The notes: generated from the sequence alone by a model not told the origin. A stretch of DNA of 63,651 nt, filler included, from Deltaproteobacteria bacterium (GCA_030698575.1; 13 parts of 13 records of this genome joined end to end with filler, not necessarily neighbours in it), one strand, 5' to 3'; positions 54,653 through 63,237 are shown, counted from the first letter of the whole stretch. Program-made: numbers and translations.

Positions 54653-57058
54653 ATGCATCGCGACCTCGAACTCAGTCAGGTGATTCTCAACGAGCCGCTC
54701 GGAAGCCTGCTCGGCGAAGCTGCCCGGCAGCGCGACCAGGGCCACGGCAGGTTGGTTTCTTACTCCCGCAAGGTATTTGTTCCCCTGACCCGGTTGTGCA
54801 GAAACGTGTGCCATTACTGCACCTTCGCAAAATCACCGGGGGAAAGCGCGGGGCTGTTCCTTGCGCCCGAAGAAGTCCTGGAAATCGCCAAAGCCGGCGA
54901 GCGTGCGGGCTGCCGCGAAGCACTGTTCACCCTCGGCGACAAGCCGGAGCTCAGATATCCGTCCGCACGCGAACAACTGAGGCGGTTCGGCTACCCGACT
55001 ACGGTGGACTACCTTGCATCGGTTTGCGAACGGGTGATACGCGAGACGTCTTTGCTGCCGCACGTCAACCCTGGCGTGCTCTCGCGAGCCGAGATCGCCA
55101 TGCTGCGCAAGGTCTCCGTTTCGCAGGGGATGATGCTGGAGAGCAGCGCCGAGCGGCTATGCGGCAGGGGACACGCGCATTACGGCTCCCCGGACAAGCG
55201 TCCCGCGGTCCGGCTGCAGACCCTGCGCGACGCCGGGGAGCTCCGCGTGCCCTTCACCAGCGGTATTTTGATCGGGATCGGCGAGACGCGGGTTGAGCGA
55301 ATCGCGTCGCTGATCGCATTGCGGGACCTCCACGCCGAGTATGGACATCTCCAGGAAGTGATCATCCAGAACTTCCGCGCCAAGCCGCACACCAAGATGT
55401 CGCAGGCGGCCGAACCCGACCTGGACGATCTGCGCTGGACCGTCGCCGCGGCGCGAATCATCTTCGGCCCCGAAATGAACATCCAGGCTCCCCCGAATCT
55501 CACGCCGGGCGCCTATCCGCTGTTGCTCGCAGCGGGTATCAACGACTGGGGCGGCATCTCCCCGGTGACGCCGGATCACGTCAATCCCGAAGCGCCCTGG
55601 CCGGTGATCGAAACGCTGCGGCAGCACGTCGAGGCGGCCGGCAGGCTGCTGGTCGAACGCCTTGCGGTCTATCCGGCATACGCCCGCGATTGCGTCCGCT
55701 GGCAGGATCCGGAACTGGCGCCACGCGTGGTGCGCAGCGTGGATTCGAGCGGCTATGCGCGCTGCGACGAATGGTCTCCCGGACTCGACATCGATCCGCC
55801 CCTGCGCCGGCGTTCGGCAGTGCCGGCTGGCGGCGCATCATCGGTTTCACATGGCGTCGCGCAAGCCATTGCGCGTGCTCGCGACGGGACGGAACTGGGC
55901 GAGGACGAGATCGTGGCGCTGTTCGAGGCTCGCGGCGGCGATTTCGAAGCCGTCTGCGCTGCCGCGGACGAAATGCGGCGCGAAGTCTCCGGGGAGGTCG
56001 TGCGTTACGTGGTCAACCGCAATCTCAACTACACCAACGTCTGTTCGTTTCGCTGCAAGTTCTGCGCGTTTTCGAAGGCGAGCAAATCCGGCGGCCTGCG
56101 CGGCCCCGCCTACGATCTGAGTTTGGAGGAAGTGGCGCGCCGCGTTCGCGAGGCCTGGGCGCGAGGTGCCACCGAGGTGTGCATGCAGGGTGGCATACAT
56201 CCGGATTACACCGGCGACACCTACATTGAACTCCTGCGCGCAGCAAAGGATGCCGTCTCCGGGATACACGTCCACGCCTTCTCTCCATTGGAAGTGGCAC
56301 ACGGTGCTGCAACGCTCGGCATTTGCGTGGACGCGTTCCTTTCGCGACTGCGCGATGCCGGGTTGGGCAGCCTCCCGGGCACTGCGGCGGAAGTGCTTGA
56401 CGACGAGGTGCGCGCGCTGCTGTGCCCCGACAAGCTCACGACCGGGCAGTGGCTCGACGTGATCGAGGCCGCGCACAACGTCGGACTGCGCACCACGGCG
56501 ACGATCATGTACGGCCACATCGAGGCTCCGCGCCATTGGGCCCGGCACCTGCTCGCGGTCCGCCGACTCCAGGCGCGTACCCGTGGATTCACGGAATTCG
56601 TACCGCTGCCCTTCGTTCACATGGAGGCGCCGATTTATTTCAAGGGGCTGGCGCGCAAGGGGCCCACGTTCCGCGAAGCGGTGCTTATGCATGCGGTTGC
56701 GCGGCTCGCGCTTCACCCGGTGCTGACGAACATTCAGGCTTCGTGGGTAAAGATGGGGCCCGAAGGCGCGACGATCTGCCTCGCGTCCGGCGCCAACGAT
56801 CTCGGCGGCACCCTCATGAACGAAAGCATCTCGCGCGCGGCCGGCACGCGCCACGGCCAGGAACTGCCGCCCGCGAAGATAGAAGAACTCATCGGCGCTG
56901 CCGGACGGGTGCCGCAGCAGCGAACGACCCTGTACGGCCACGTCGCGGACGAGCGTCGCCGCACCTCGTTCGCAGCACGCGCGTTGACCCCCGTCGTGCT
57001 CACGCCTGCATCCAGGCGCGTTCGTGCCAACCTGGGGAGCCGGCGGACTGATTCTTGA
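54653..57058 (+). CDS. fbiC: Bifunctional FO synthase (CofG-CofH fusion)
   Basis: Two radical-SAM motifs CRNVCHYC and CSFRCKFC; INDWGGISP; NDLGGTLMNESISR. Confidence 0.95.
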   Translation: MHRDLELSQVILNEPLGSLLGEAARQRDQGHGRLVSYSRKVFVPLTRLCRNVCHYCTFAKSPGESAGLFLAPEEVLEIAKAGERAGCREALFTLGDKPELRYPSAREQLRRFGYPTTVDYLASVCERVIRETSLLPHVNPGVLSRAEIAMLRKVSVSQGMMLESSAERLCGRGHAHYGSPDKRPAVRLQTLRDAGELRVPFTSGILIGIGETRVERIASLIALRDLHAEYGHLQEVIIQNFRAKPHTKMSQAAEPDLDDLRWTVAAARIIFGPEMNIQAPPNLTPGAYPLLLAAGINDWGGISPVTPDHVNPEAPWPVIETLRQHVEAAGRLLVERLAVYPAYARDCVRWQDPELAPRVVRSVDSSGYARCDEWSPGLDIDPPLRRRSAVPAGGASSVSHGVAQAIARARDGTELGEDEIVALFEARGGDFEAVCAAADEMRREVSGEVVRYVVNRNLNYTNVCSFRCKFCAFSKASKSGGLRGPAYDLSLEEVARRVREAWARGATEVCMQGGIHPDYTGDTYIELLRAAKDAVSGIHVHAFSPLEVAHGAATLGICVDAFLSRLRDAGLGSLPGTAAEVLDDEVRALLCPDKLTTGQWLDVIEAAHNVGLRTTATIMYGHIEAPRHWARHLLAVRRLQARTRGFTEFVPLPFVHMEAPIYFKGLARKGPTFREAVLMHAVARLALHPVLTNIQASWVKMGPEGATICLASGANDLGGTLMNESISRAAGTRHGQELPPAKIEELIGAAGRVPQQRTTLYGHVADERRRTSFAARALTPVVLTPASRRVRANLGSRRTDS

Positions 57059-57075
57059 CGAAAACCTGGGACAAC

Positions 57076-57570
57076 ATGACCACCCAAGTTCACACCATCG
57101 CCGTTCTGGGCGGTACCGGCGCCGAAGGAAGCGGCTTGGCGTTGCGCTGGGCGCGCGCGGGGCATCGCGTGATTCTCGGCTCGCGCAATCCGGAGAAAGC
57201 CGCGAAGGCATGCAGGGAACTCAACGCCGTTGCCGGCGCCGACTCGATCGGCTTCGCCGATAATCGTTCTGCGGCCGCTGCCGCGGCCATCGTCGTTCTC
57301 ACCGTCCCGCATGAGGCGCAGCGTGCCACGGTCGGGGAAGTCCGGGAGGCCATCGCCGGAAAGATCCTGATCGACACCACCGTGCCGCTGGTGCCGCCCA
57401 GGGTGGCCCGCGTCCAGCTTCCCGAAGGGGGCTCTGCGGTGGCCGAGGTGCAGCGGATGCTGGGGGAGACGGTTCGGGTGGTGTCGGCGTTTCAGAATGT
57501 GTCGGCCAATCATATGCGAGACCGCAATCATTCGGTCGACTGCGACGTGCGGGTGAGCGGTGAAGGCGTT
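57076..57570 (+). CDS. npdG: NADPH-dependent F420 reductase, 3'-truncated
   Basis: GGTG.EGSGLA.RWA, GSR, GGSA, VVSAFQNVSA; directly after fbiC. Confidence 0.9.
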
Positions 57571-57670
57571 NNNNNNNNNNNNNNNNNNNNNNNNNNNNNN
57601 NNNNNNNNNNNNNNTTAATTAATTAANNNNNNNNNNNNNNNNNNNNNNNNNNNNNNNNNNNNNNNNNNNN

Positions 57671-57904
57671 ACCGTGGGCGCGTTGTTCGACGTCATCGAG
57701 GGCGACTACGCCTCCCCGGATGAACTGGCCGACGCACGCGCCCACGACGACCGCATCCGTGCCGAGGCGCTTCGGGATGCCGCCCGCGGCATGGAGACGG
57801 AGTGGCCCGACATGGACCACCTGAGCCCCTCGGACTGGCTCCGGCTCCGCGCCGATGCCATCGAGCACGGCGAATACGATGCCCCCGACCGGGGCGAGGA
57901 GTAG
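57671..57904 (+). CDS. Phage-like hypothetical protein A, 5'-truncated
   Basis: RAEALRDAA...WLRLRA; ends PDRGEE. Confidence 0.7.
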   Translation, partial: TVGALFDVIEGDYASPDELADARAHDDRIRAEALRDAARGMETEWPDMDHLSPSDWLRLRADAIEHGEYDAPDRGEE

Positions 57905-57907
57905 ACG

Positions 57908-58327
57908 ATGGCTGACTCAGATTACAATTGGACCGCGCTGACCCGCCTGCGCTGTGGGGCCGTGGTGGAGGAGGTGATGGCCGCGACCCAGATGGACGGG
58001 ATCGGCGTCATCGCCTCGTGGCTGCTTCGCCGCGACGGCACCTGGAGGGTTCGAGCTGTGGACACCGAACTCGGTGATTGGATCACCGAGTTCGGCCCCG
58101 AGGAGGGGGTGCCACCCGAACCGCCAGCGAATCTCCTGGAGGAGCATGCGCTGTCCGGGGCCTACGGAGCGCAGGACACGCTCCGTGCAGAGCGAGACGA
58201 TGCCCGCGCACAGGTCGCGGCGCTGCGGGAGATGCTCGATTCCCTGAGCGTCGATCCATCGATCAGCTTCGGCCTGCGCCTGAAGATTACGAACATGCTT
58301 GACGACCGCGGCCGGGGCGAGGAGTAG
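57908..58327 (+). CDS. Phage-like hypothetical protein B
   Basis: Contains LRAERDDARAQVAALR; ends RGRGEE. Confidence 0.72.
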   Translation: MADSDYNWTALTRLRCGAVVEEVMAATQMDGIGVIASWLLRRDGTWRVRAVDTELGDWITEFGPEEGVPPEPPANLLEEHALSGAYGAQDTLRAERDDARAQVAALREMLDSLSVDPSISFGLRLKITNMLDDRGRGEE

Positions 58328-58858
58328 GTGATGATCTACACCGTCCAGCAGTGCGACAGCAGGGGGCGCTACGTCCCCGACGGGGATGCGTGGCTGGTCC
58401 GCGCCCGCTCCCCCCAGCACGCCGTAGACCTCGTGGCCGCGGACGGGTGGCGAGCCGGGCACGGCGAGGGGTGCGTAGTCGCCCTCGTGGCCGATCTAGC
58501 CAAGTGGACCCGGGGCGGTGATCCGCCGCTCCCGCTCGTCACGCCCGAGACGATCCAGTACGGGATCTGGCGCCCGCATTCGGAGGTGACGTGGGCCGGG
58601 TACGGAGGAGTCCCGGACGGCTGGCACTACTGCGGCGGCTGCGGGCTCGTCCGCGAGATGGAGTCGGAGTGGGCCACCGATGGGGACGAGTGCGACGAGT
58701 GTACCGGGTGCGAGAGCCAGGGCTGCGACGCCCCCGCGGCATGGATCGACTCGGGCGTGACGAGCGGGAGCGGCTGGTGCGCCGAGCAACGCGACCACGG
58801 GCCCTGCGAGCCTGACGAGCCTGACGAGCCTGACGAGAAGGACTCCGACGATGACTGA
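58328..58858 (+). CDS. Phage-like Cys-rich hypothetical protein C
   Basis: CGGC, CDECTGC, C..H motifs; C-terminal 9-bp tandem repeat. Confidence 0.7.
   Translation: MMIYTVQQCDSRGRYVPDGDAWLVRARSPQHAVDLVAADGWRAGHGEGCVVALVADLAKWTRGGDPPLPLVTPETIQYGIWRPHSEVTWAGYGGVPDGWHYCGGCGLVREMESEWATDGDECDECTGCESQGCDAPAAWIDSGVTSGSGWCAEQRDHGPCEPDEPDEPDEKDSDDD
58808..58837 (+). repeat. In-frame tandem repeat (GAGCCTGAC)x3.3
   Basis: Encodes EPD-EPD-EPD-E. Confidence 0.85.
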
Positions 58859-59486
58859 CCCCCTGACCCCCGAGCGCGTGCGCTCCCTGCACGACGGGGC
58901 ATCGCCGGACTGGGTGGCGGAGCCGGATACCGGCGCCATCACGTCCGCAGGTGTGCAGATTCTCACTACGGCGGCGGGCAACCGAGCGGGCAACCTCCCG
59001 CTGGCGCTGGCCGCCCCCGACCTCGCCGACACGCTGCTCCAAGCGTGGGAGCAGCGGGACGCGGCGCGGGCCGATGCCGATCGACTGCGGGATGAGCGGG
59101 ACACTGCGTTGCGCGTCACCGAGCAGTACAGGTCCATCGTGGAGGAGATCGGTGGGATGGGTCGGTCGAGCGCGCTGGTCAAGCTCCAGGCAGAGCGGGA
59201 CGAGGCGCGGATTCAGTGCGATCGCACCCGAGAGGCCGCCGCGCGAGAGCACGAGCGGCAGGAGGGGAACAAGGCGGCCCTCGCCGCCCAGGTTGCCGCG
59301 CTGTTGTGGAGCGCCCTCGACGACGTGACCGACGTGGTCCGCGACCACCTTGGGGACAGCTACCCGTGCGCGCTGGAGGAGGCGCAAGCGGCGCTCTCCT
59401 CGCAGGTATTGGAGACGTACACGACGACGGCCGCCATCGAGCGCGGCAAACACTGCCCCGAGAGGGGCGAGGGGGTAGAGCGATGA
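58851..59486 (+). CDS. Phage-like coiled-coil protein D (Ead/Ea22-like architecture)
   Basis: N-terminal LALAAPDL module, three QRD/ERD coiled-coil repeats; ends PERGEGVER. Confidence 0.7.
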   Translation: MTDPLTPERVRSLHDGASPDWVAEPDTGAITSAGVQILTTAAGNRAGNLPLALAAPDLADTLLQAWEQRDAARADADRLRDERDTALRVTEQYRSIVEEIGGMGRSSALVKLQAERDEARIQCDRTREAAAREHERQEGNKAALAAQVAALLWSALDDVTDVVRDHLGDSYPCALEEAQAALSSQVLETYTTTAAIERGKHCPERGEGVER

Positions 59487-59740
59487 AGGCATACCTACTG
59501 CGTGTTCTGGTGATCGACCACAACGAGGTCGGAGCCGGGATCCGCCTCGTGATCGAGGCCACCCGCTACCCCAACAGGTGCATTGCACCGACGGTCCTGG
59601 ATGTCACCGAGCACCAGATCGGTGAATGGTCCGACGACCATCCGCTGAACTACGCGGCCACTGACGCTCTGGCGTGGATCAAGGAGTACGCACCAGGGAG
59701 CGAGGACAGCCCCGACCGGGGCGAGGAGGTAGAGCGATGA
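59483..59740 (+). CDS. Phage-like hypothetical protein E
   Basis: ATGA overlap; MKAYLLRVLVIDH...IGEWSDDHPLN; ends PDRGEEVER. Confidence 0.75.
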   Translation: MKAYLLRVLVIDHNEVGAGIRLVIEATRYPNRCIAPTVLDVTEHQIGEWSDDHPLNYAATDALAWIKEYAPGSEDSPDRGEEVER

Positions 59741-60051
59741 CACGGACGACCGATGAGCGACTGACCGAGGCCGAGGCACGCGCCATCCTGACGCGCGACG
59801 ATAGGGACGTGGTGGTGGGGTCCGAGTACCGCGCCGTCGTCCACCTCGCCCGAGACCTGCGTATCGAGCGGGACGCGGCGCGGGCCCAGGTCGCGGTGCT
59901 GCGGACCGCGCTGCTCCGGTACGGCATGCACGACCGGGGCGTCGGCTACCCCGCGTGCGCCGTCACCCAGCCCCGCCCAGGGGCCTGCTCCTGCGGACTG
60001 GATGATGTGCTGAGCGGCCCCAACCGGGGCGAGGAGATGGACCGTGACTGA
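59737..60051 (+). CDS. Phage-like hypothetical protein F
   Basis: ATGA overlap; LRIERDAARAQVAVLR, H...C...CSCGL; ends PNRGEEMDRD. Confidence 0.75.
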   Translation: MTRTTDERLTEAEARAILTRDDRDVVVGSEYRAVVHLARDLRIERDAARAQVAVLRTALLRYGMHDRGVGYPACAVTQPRPGACSCGLDDVLSGPNRGEEMDRD

Positions 60052-60445
60052 CATGACCTGGGATTGGAGCGCCATCTTGCCTGAGAAGTGGGGCCGCGAC
60101 CACCACTCCACTCTGCTCTACATCGAGAGCCGCGTGACCGAGCACAAGGGCGTCCCCCGCGCCGCCAACATGCGGACCAAGCAGGGGAGCGTGCGGCGCG
60201 GGCACTGTGTGCTTGGCGAGCAGATGCAGCACTGCGGCGACAAGGACTACCCCACGCGCCTCGCTGGCGGCGTCCTCTTGCACGGTCACGATGACTGGGA
60301 CTGCGTGTCCGACATGGTCGCGGCCGGGCTCGTGGAGTGGGGCGGGACCGGGCTGCACCCCATCTTCGCGCTGACGGATGCCGGCTGGGCTGAGGCCGGC
60401 AGGCTGCGGCGAGCCAAGGCAGGCGCAGACCGAGGTGCCCCATGA
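60044..60445 (+). CDS. Phage-like hypothetical protein G
   Basis: RDHHSTLLYIESR, YPTRL, HDDWDC, winged-helix-like LTDAGW; ends DRGAP. Confidence 0.75.
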   Translation: MTDMTWDWSAILPEKWGRDHHSTLLYIESRVTEHKGVPRAANMRTKQGSVRRGHCVLGEQMQHCGDKDYPTRLAGGVLLHGHDDWDCVSDMVAAGLVEWGGTGLHPIFALTDAGWAEAGRLRRAKAGADRGAP

Positions 60446-60789
60446 CTGAGCCCTTGCCCCCCAAGCGCGTGAGGGCGCTGCTCCAGCACGCGTCGGTGGA
60501 GCGCATCGTCGCCGCGCTCCAAACAGGCAGCGATCCGATGGTCGTTGGGCCCCGCACCGCGCTCCCTATCGCTATACCCCTTCCGAGCCGAACTGGGCGC
60601 TACTTGCTCAACGGGCATCTGTGCGGCCTCGTGTGGCCACACCGGCCCGGCGAGTGGGTCGGCAGCGGTGGCGGGCGAAAGCGGGACGACACGATCTACC
60701 CGGACCGCACGTTCCGAACCGAGCGAAAAGCGACCGAGTACGCCGATCTCTGCCTGCGGCGGGCGGGCGATTTGATCGATGATCTAGGC
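60442..60789 (+). CDS. Phage-like hypothetical protein H, 3'-truncated
   Basis: ATGA overlap; N-terminus MTEPLPPKRVR resembles protein D. Confidence 0.65.
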
Positions 60790-60890
60790 NNNNNNNNNNN
60801 NNNNNNNNNNNNNNNNNNNNNNNNNNNNNNNNNTTAATTAATTAANNNNNNNNNNNNNNNNNNNNNNNNNNNNNNNNNNNNNNNNNNNNC

Positions 60891-61049
60891 CGTGCCGCGC
60901 GCGAGGCCGCAGGCCTCACGCAGGCGGCAGCGGCCGCCCTCGTTGGCCTCGGGTCGCGGACGCGTTGGTCGGAGTACGAGCGGGGCGAGAGTCGGATGCC
61001 GGAGTATCGTTTCGAGCTGTTCAAACTGAAGACGAAAGGAGGGAAGTGA
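60891..61049 (+). CDS. Small XRE-family HTH protein, 5'-truncated
   Basis: Manual translation RAAREAAGLTQAAAAALVG...RWSEYERG..RMP. Confidence 0.78.
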   Translation, partial: RAAREAAGLTQAAAAALVGLGSRTRWSEYERGESRMPEYRFELFKLKTKGGK

Positions 61050-61237
61050 TGGGTATAGAGACCCAGCTAAACGCCGCCCGGTACGTGTGGCTGCGCGACA
61101 CCGCGCAGCCGTGGCAGGTGGACGATGCCCTTTACGCCCCCTGCGGCTTGACGCCGGACGATCCCAGGTACGCGGCAGCGCACGCCGCTGCGGTGGACGC
61201 CGCGATCGATAACTATGCTGGATTGACTCAGCTATGA
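61049..61237 (+). CDS. Phage-like hypothetical protein
   Basis: TGATG overlap; NAARYVWLRD...DAAID pattern common in phage accessory proteins. Confidence 0.7.
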   Translation: MGIETQLNAARYVWLRDTAQPWQVDDALYAPCGLTPDDPRYAAAHAAAVDAAIDNYAGLTQL

Positions 61238-61392
61238 GCACCGAGACGCTACACGTTCCGGAAGAGCACCTGATCGAGGTGGTCCACATCATACGCGCCG
61301 GCCTGAAGGCAAAGCGCAAGGTCACGCCAGAGGTGCGGCGCCAGCTCACGAAGTGGTGCAACGAGGAGGAAGAGTATCTTGCTCGCGATTGA
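61234..61392 (+). CDS. Small hypothetical protein (52 aa)
   Basis: ATGA overlap; MSTETLHVPEEHL...YLARD; followed by terminator. Confidence 0.6.
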   Translation: MSTETLHVPEEHLIEVVHIIRAGLKAKRKVTPEVRRQLTKWCNEEEEYLARD

Positions 61393-61393
61393 C

Positions 61394-61423
61394 AACGGCC
61401 GCCTAGAGCGGCCGTTTTTATTT
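61394..61423 (+). terminator. Rho-independent terminator between convergent genes
   Basis: AACGGCCGC-CTAGA-GCGGCCGTT followed by TTTATTT. Confidence 0.8.
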
Positions 61424-61615
61424 CTGGACCGAGGAGAGGTACCCGGTGAGCGTGCCCGAGGCGTCCACCTCTTCACGGAAGCGGCGCTCGTACTCCATGA
61501 ACCGACGCAGCTCCGCGAGATCGTACTGGCTCCTGCAGTGGCAGCATAAACCGAGCGGGCTCAGCACCGTTCCGCAGCACCTCGGCACCCCGTTGTGGTA
61601 GAGGGCGACGGTCAT
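61418..61615 (-). CDS. Small Cys-rich hypothetical protein
   Basis: ATGA overlap; CCG...CCHC. Confidence 0.55.
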   Translation of the reverse strand: MTVALYHNGVPRCCGTVLSPLGLCCHCRSQYDLAELRRFMEYERRFREEVDASGTLTGYLSSVQK

Positions 61616-61803
61616 TTTTTCTCTTTCTGCGACGGCAAGTAGTCCAGCTCGTACCACTGCCGCAAAATCTCCGCCGCCGTGTGGTCGGCACTCCGACGCA
61701 GCCGGAGCGCCTCCGCGATGATGGCCTGCCCCACCTCCTTCGCGACGCGCGTTCGGATGGGAATGCCGTCAAAGGCGACCGCCCGCTGGCTGACCCTACC
61801 CAT
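61612..61803 (-). CDS. Small hypothetical protein
   Basis: Coupled to neighbours by overlapping start/stop. Confidence 0.55.
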   Translation of the reverse strand: MGRVSQRAVAFDGIPIRTRVAKEVGQAIIAEALRLRRSADHTAAEILRQWYELDYLPSQKEKK

Positions 61804-61966
61804 GCGTGCTGCCCCTCAACGGGGAGGGCTCTCGTGTGAACGGCCGCACAAACGGCGGTGTCTCGTCGGCGTGGCCCATCTTGATGCACCCCGGGTGCTG
61901 CAGGCACGAGAGGTACTGGCAGCGTTCCTCAGTCACCGGGCACACCTTCCCTTTAGCGGGGGTCAC
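61796..61966 (-). CDS. Small Cys-rich hypothetical protein (56 aa)
   Basis: Manual translation from GTG after AAGGAGG: TPAKGKVCPVTEERCQYLSCLQHPGC. Confidence 0.55.
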   Translation of the reverse strand: MTPAKGKVCPVTEERCQYLSCLQHPGCIKMGHADETPPFVRPFTREPSPLRGSTHG

Positions 61967-62163
61967 GCGACCTCCTTCTCTTGCTCCACCCCGACCGTGT
62001 CCGGGTACGCCCGCATCGCCTCGACGAGCTGCGGCGTGATCTTCGCCTCCTCATCGAACACGAACCCGTGCGTCTCCGTCCTCCCTGAGTAGCGGCGACA
62101 CGTCTTCGCATCGAGGTCGATCCGCAGGAGCAGCGTGCTCTTCACCTTCGTGCTCGTGATCAT
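61963..62163 (-). CDS. Hypothetical protein W (starts MITSTK)
   Basis: ATGA overlap with gene Z. Confidence 0.6.
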   Translation of the reverse strand: MITSTKVKSTLLLRIDLDAKTCRRYSGRTETHGFVFDEEAKITPQLVEAMRAYPDTVGVEQEKEVA

Positions 62164-62312
62164 CGCTTCGGGGCCACAGGCACGAACACCTCGACGCAGG
62201 CGTAGCGCCTGTACGCTTGCCCGTCCCGCTGGCATTCGGCCAGGTCGGCATAATTCCATGCCGCCATCGGGTTTCCCGACGTAAGCCAGATAAACAGCAC
62301 CCAAGTTTTCAT
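62160..62312 (-). CDS. Small secreted-type protein Z (50 aa)
   Basis: AAGGAG RBS; MKTWVLFIWL hydrophobic N-terminus; two Cys. Confidence 0.6.
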   Translation of the reverse strand: MKTWVLFIWLTSGNPMAAWNYADLAECQRDGQAYRRYACVEVFVPVAPKR

Positions 62313-62340
62313 TTGCAAATCTCCTTCGTGCTCGTGATCA

Positions 62341-62529
62341 TCACTCCGGCGCCCCGGCGGCGTGGCGCCAGCCTTCTGTGCCAAAACAGTCGGACGTCTC
62401 CTGCTCGTCGAGAAAACTCTCGAGTGCGTCGAGGTGCTCGAACAGCTTGTCGATATCTTTTTTCGTCGCCTTGCCGACGAGGTTCTTCCCGCGAATCGTA
62501 TTGAGTGTTCTGTCGGTCTGTAGCTTCAT
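62341..62529 (-). CDS. Hypothetical protein Y (62 aa)
   Basis: AAGGAG RBS; ends D.FGTEGWRH...APE. Confidence 0.65.
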   Translation of the reverse strand: MKLQTDRTLNTIRGKNLVGKATKKDIDKLFEHLDALESFLDEQETSDCFGTEGWRHAAGAPE

Positions 62530-62747
62530 TTGCAAATCTCCTTCATCCAGTCCTCGTTTAGGTTGGGAGGCAGCCACGTACGGTCGTCTTTTATCCAGCC
62601 GTATTCGCCGAGCGAATCCTTGCTTCGCTGTAGCGCGCTCTTGCGCATCGTTACCCGCCACTCCTCGTTCTCCGCGATCACGACATCGGGGTCGATGTCC
62701 TCGTCGGCCTCCGTCTCCATAAAATCGCCCGCGTTACCCCGGCTCAC
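62526..62747 (-). CDS. Hypothetical protein X (ends WMKEICK)
   Basis: GTGA overlap with upstream gene; alternative ATG 62720. Confidence 0.6.
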   Translation of the reverse strand: MSRGNAGDFMETEADEDIDPDVVIAENEEWRVTMRKSALQRSKDSLGEYGWIKDDRTWLPPNLNEDWMKEICK

Positions 62748-63235
62748 TTGAGTCTCACGGCAGCGTGGCTCAGGTACGCCCCGAGCGCGTCCGACATCTG
62801 CCCGTGGGCGTCCGCCATCGCGCCCTCGATTCGGCTCCCGTAAGTTCCGATGTTCTGCCGCCGGGTTGTGTTGCTGAAGCGCTGCAGCCCCGTCCCGCCG
62901 CACCCCTCGCAGACGATTTTCACCTTCTCGACCACCATCACGCGGGCGCCGCGGCAGACGGTGCAGTGTGGCGCGAGGAATTCTTCGAGCGCAGCCATCG
63001 CCGTTTTCTCCGCGATCGAACGCGTCAGCTTGTGCTTCTCCCGGATGCGGTTCGCAAGGATCAGGATGACGCGCTTCGCCCACCGCGCCTGCGCACCCTC
63101 GCGCATCCGCAGCAGGAGCCCACCGAGCGTGTCCCCTCCGGCGGCGGCCGCCAGCCGGTCGACGTCGTGCGTGATGCCGGACTCCATCTCCATGTTCTTG
63201 GAGTTCGTGGCGCGCGCGAGCGACTCTCTGGACAT
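62744..63235 (-). CDS. Zinc-finger protein, phage antitermination Q-like
   Basis: CTVCRG...CEGCGGTG after a helical N-domain; lies downstream of the replication gene. Confidence 0.55.
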   Translation of the reverse strand: MSRESLARATNSKNMEMESGITHDVDRLAAAAGGDTLGGLLLRMREGAQARWAKRVILILANRIREKHKLTRSIAEKTAMAALEEFLAPHCTVCRGARVMVVEKVKIVCEGCGGTGLQRFSNTTRRQNIGTYGSRIEGAMADAHGQMSDALGAYLSHAAVRLK

Positions 63236-63237
63236 TC

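Larger units (their letters stand above)
57884..60047 (+). repeat. Dispersed gene-junction direct repeat CCCGACCGGGGCGAGGAG (5 copies)
   Basis: Copies at 57884, 58312 (partial), 59457, 59711 and 60019, each at the 3' end of an ORF immediately before the next start codon. Confidence 0.9.
62145..62544. repeat. Two interlocked exact 20-bp direct repeat pairs
   Basis: CCTTCGTGCTCGTGATCATC at 62145 and 62323; TTCATTTGCAAATCTCCTTC at 62308 and 62525; inner copies overlap at CCTTC. Confidence 0.92.

Noticed and set aside
54653-57058. CofG-CofH fusion as a novelty
   Set aside because: This is the known FbiC architecture.
58808-58837. Tandem 9-mer as a phase-variation switch
   Set aside because: Unit length is a multiple of three and lies at an acidic C-terminal tail, so slippage would not change frame.
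57884-60047. CRISPR array or integron interpretation of the junction repeats
   Set aside because: Spacing is 250-1150 nt and fully coding, repeats are not palindromic, and there are no GTTRRRY/attC structures, cas genes or integrase in view.
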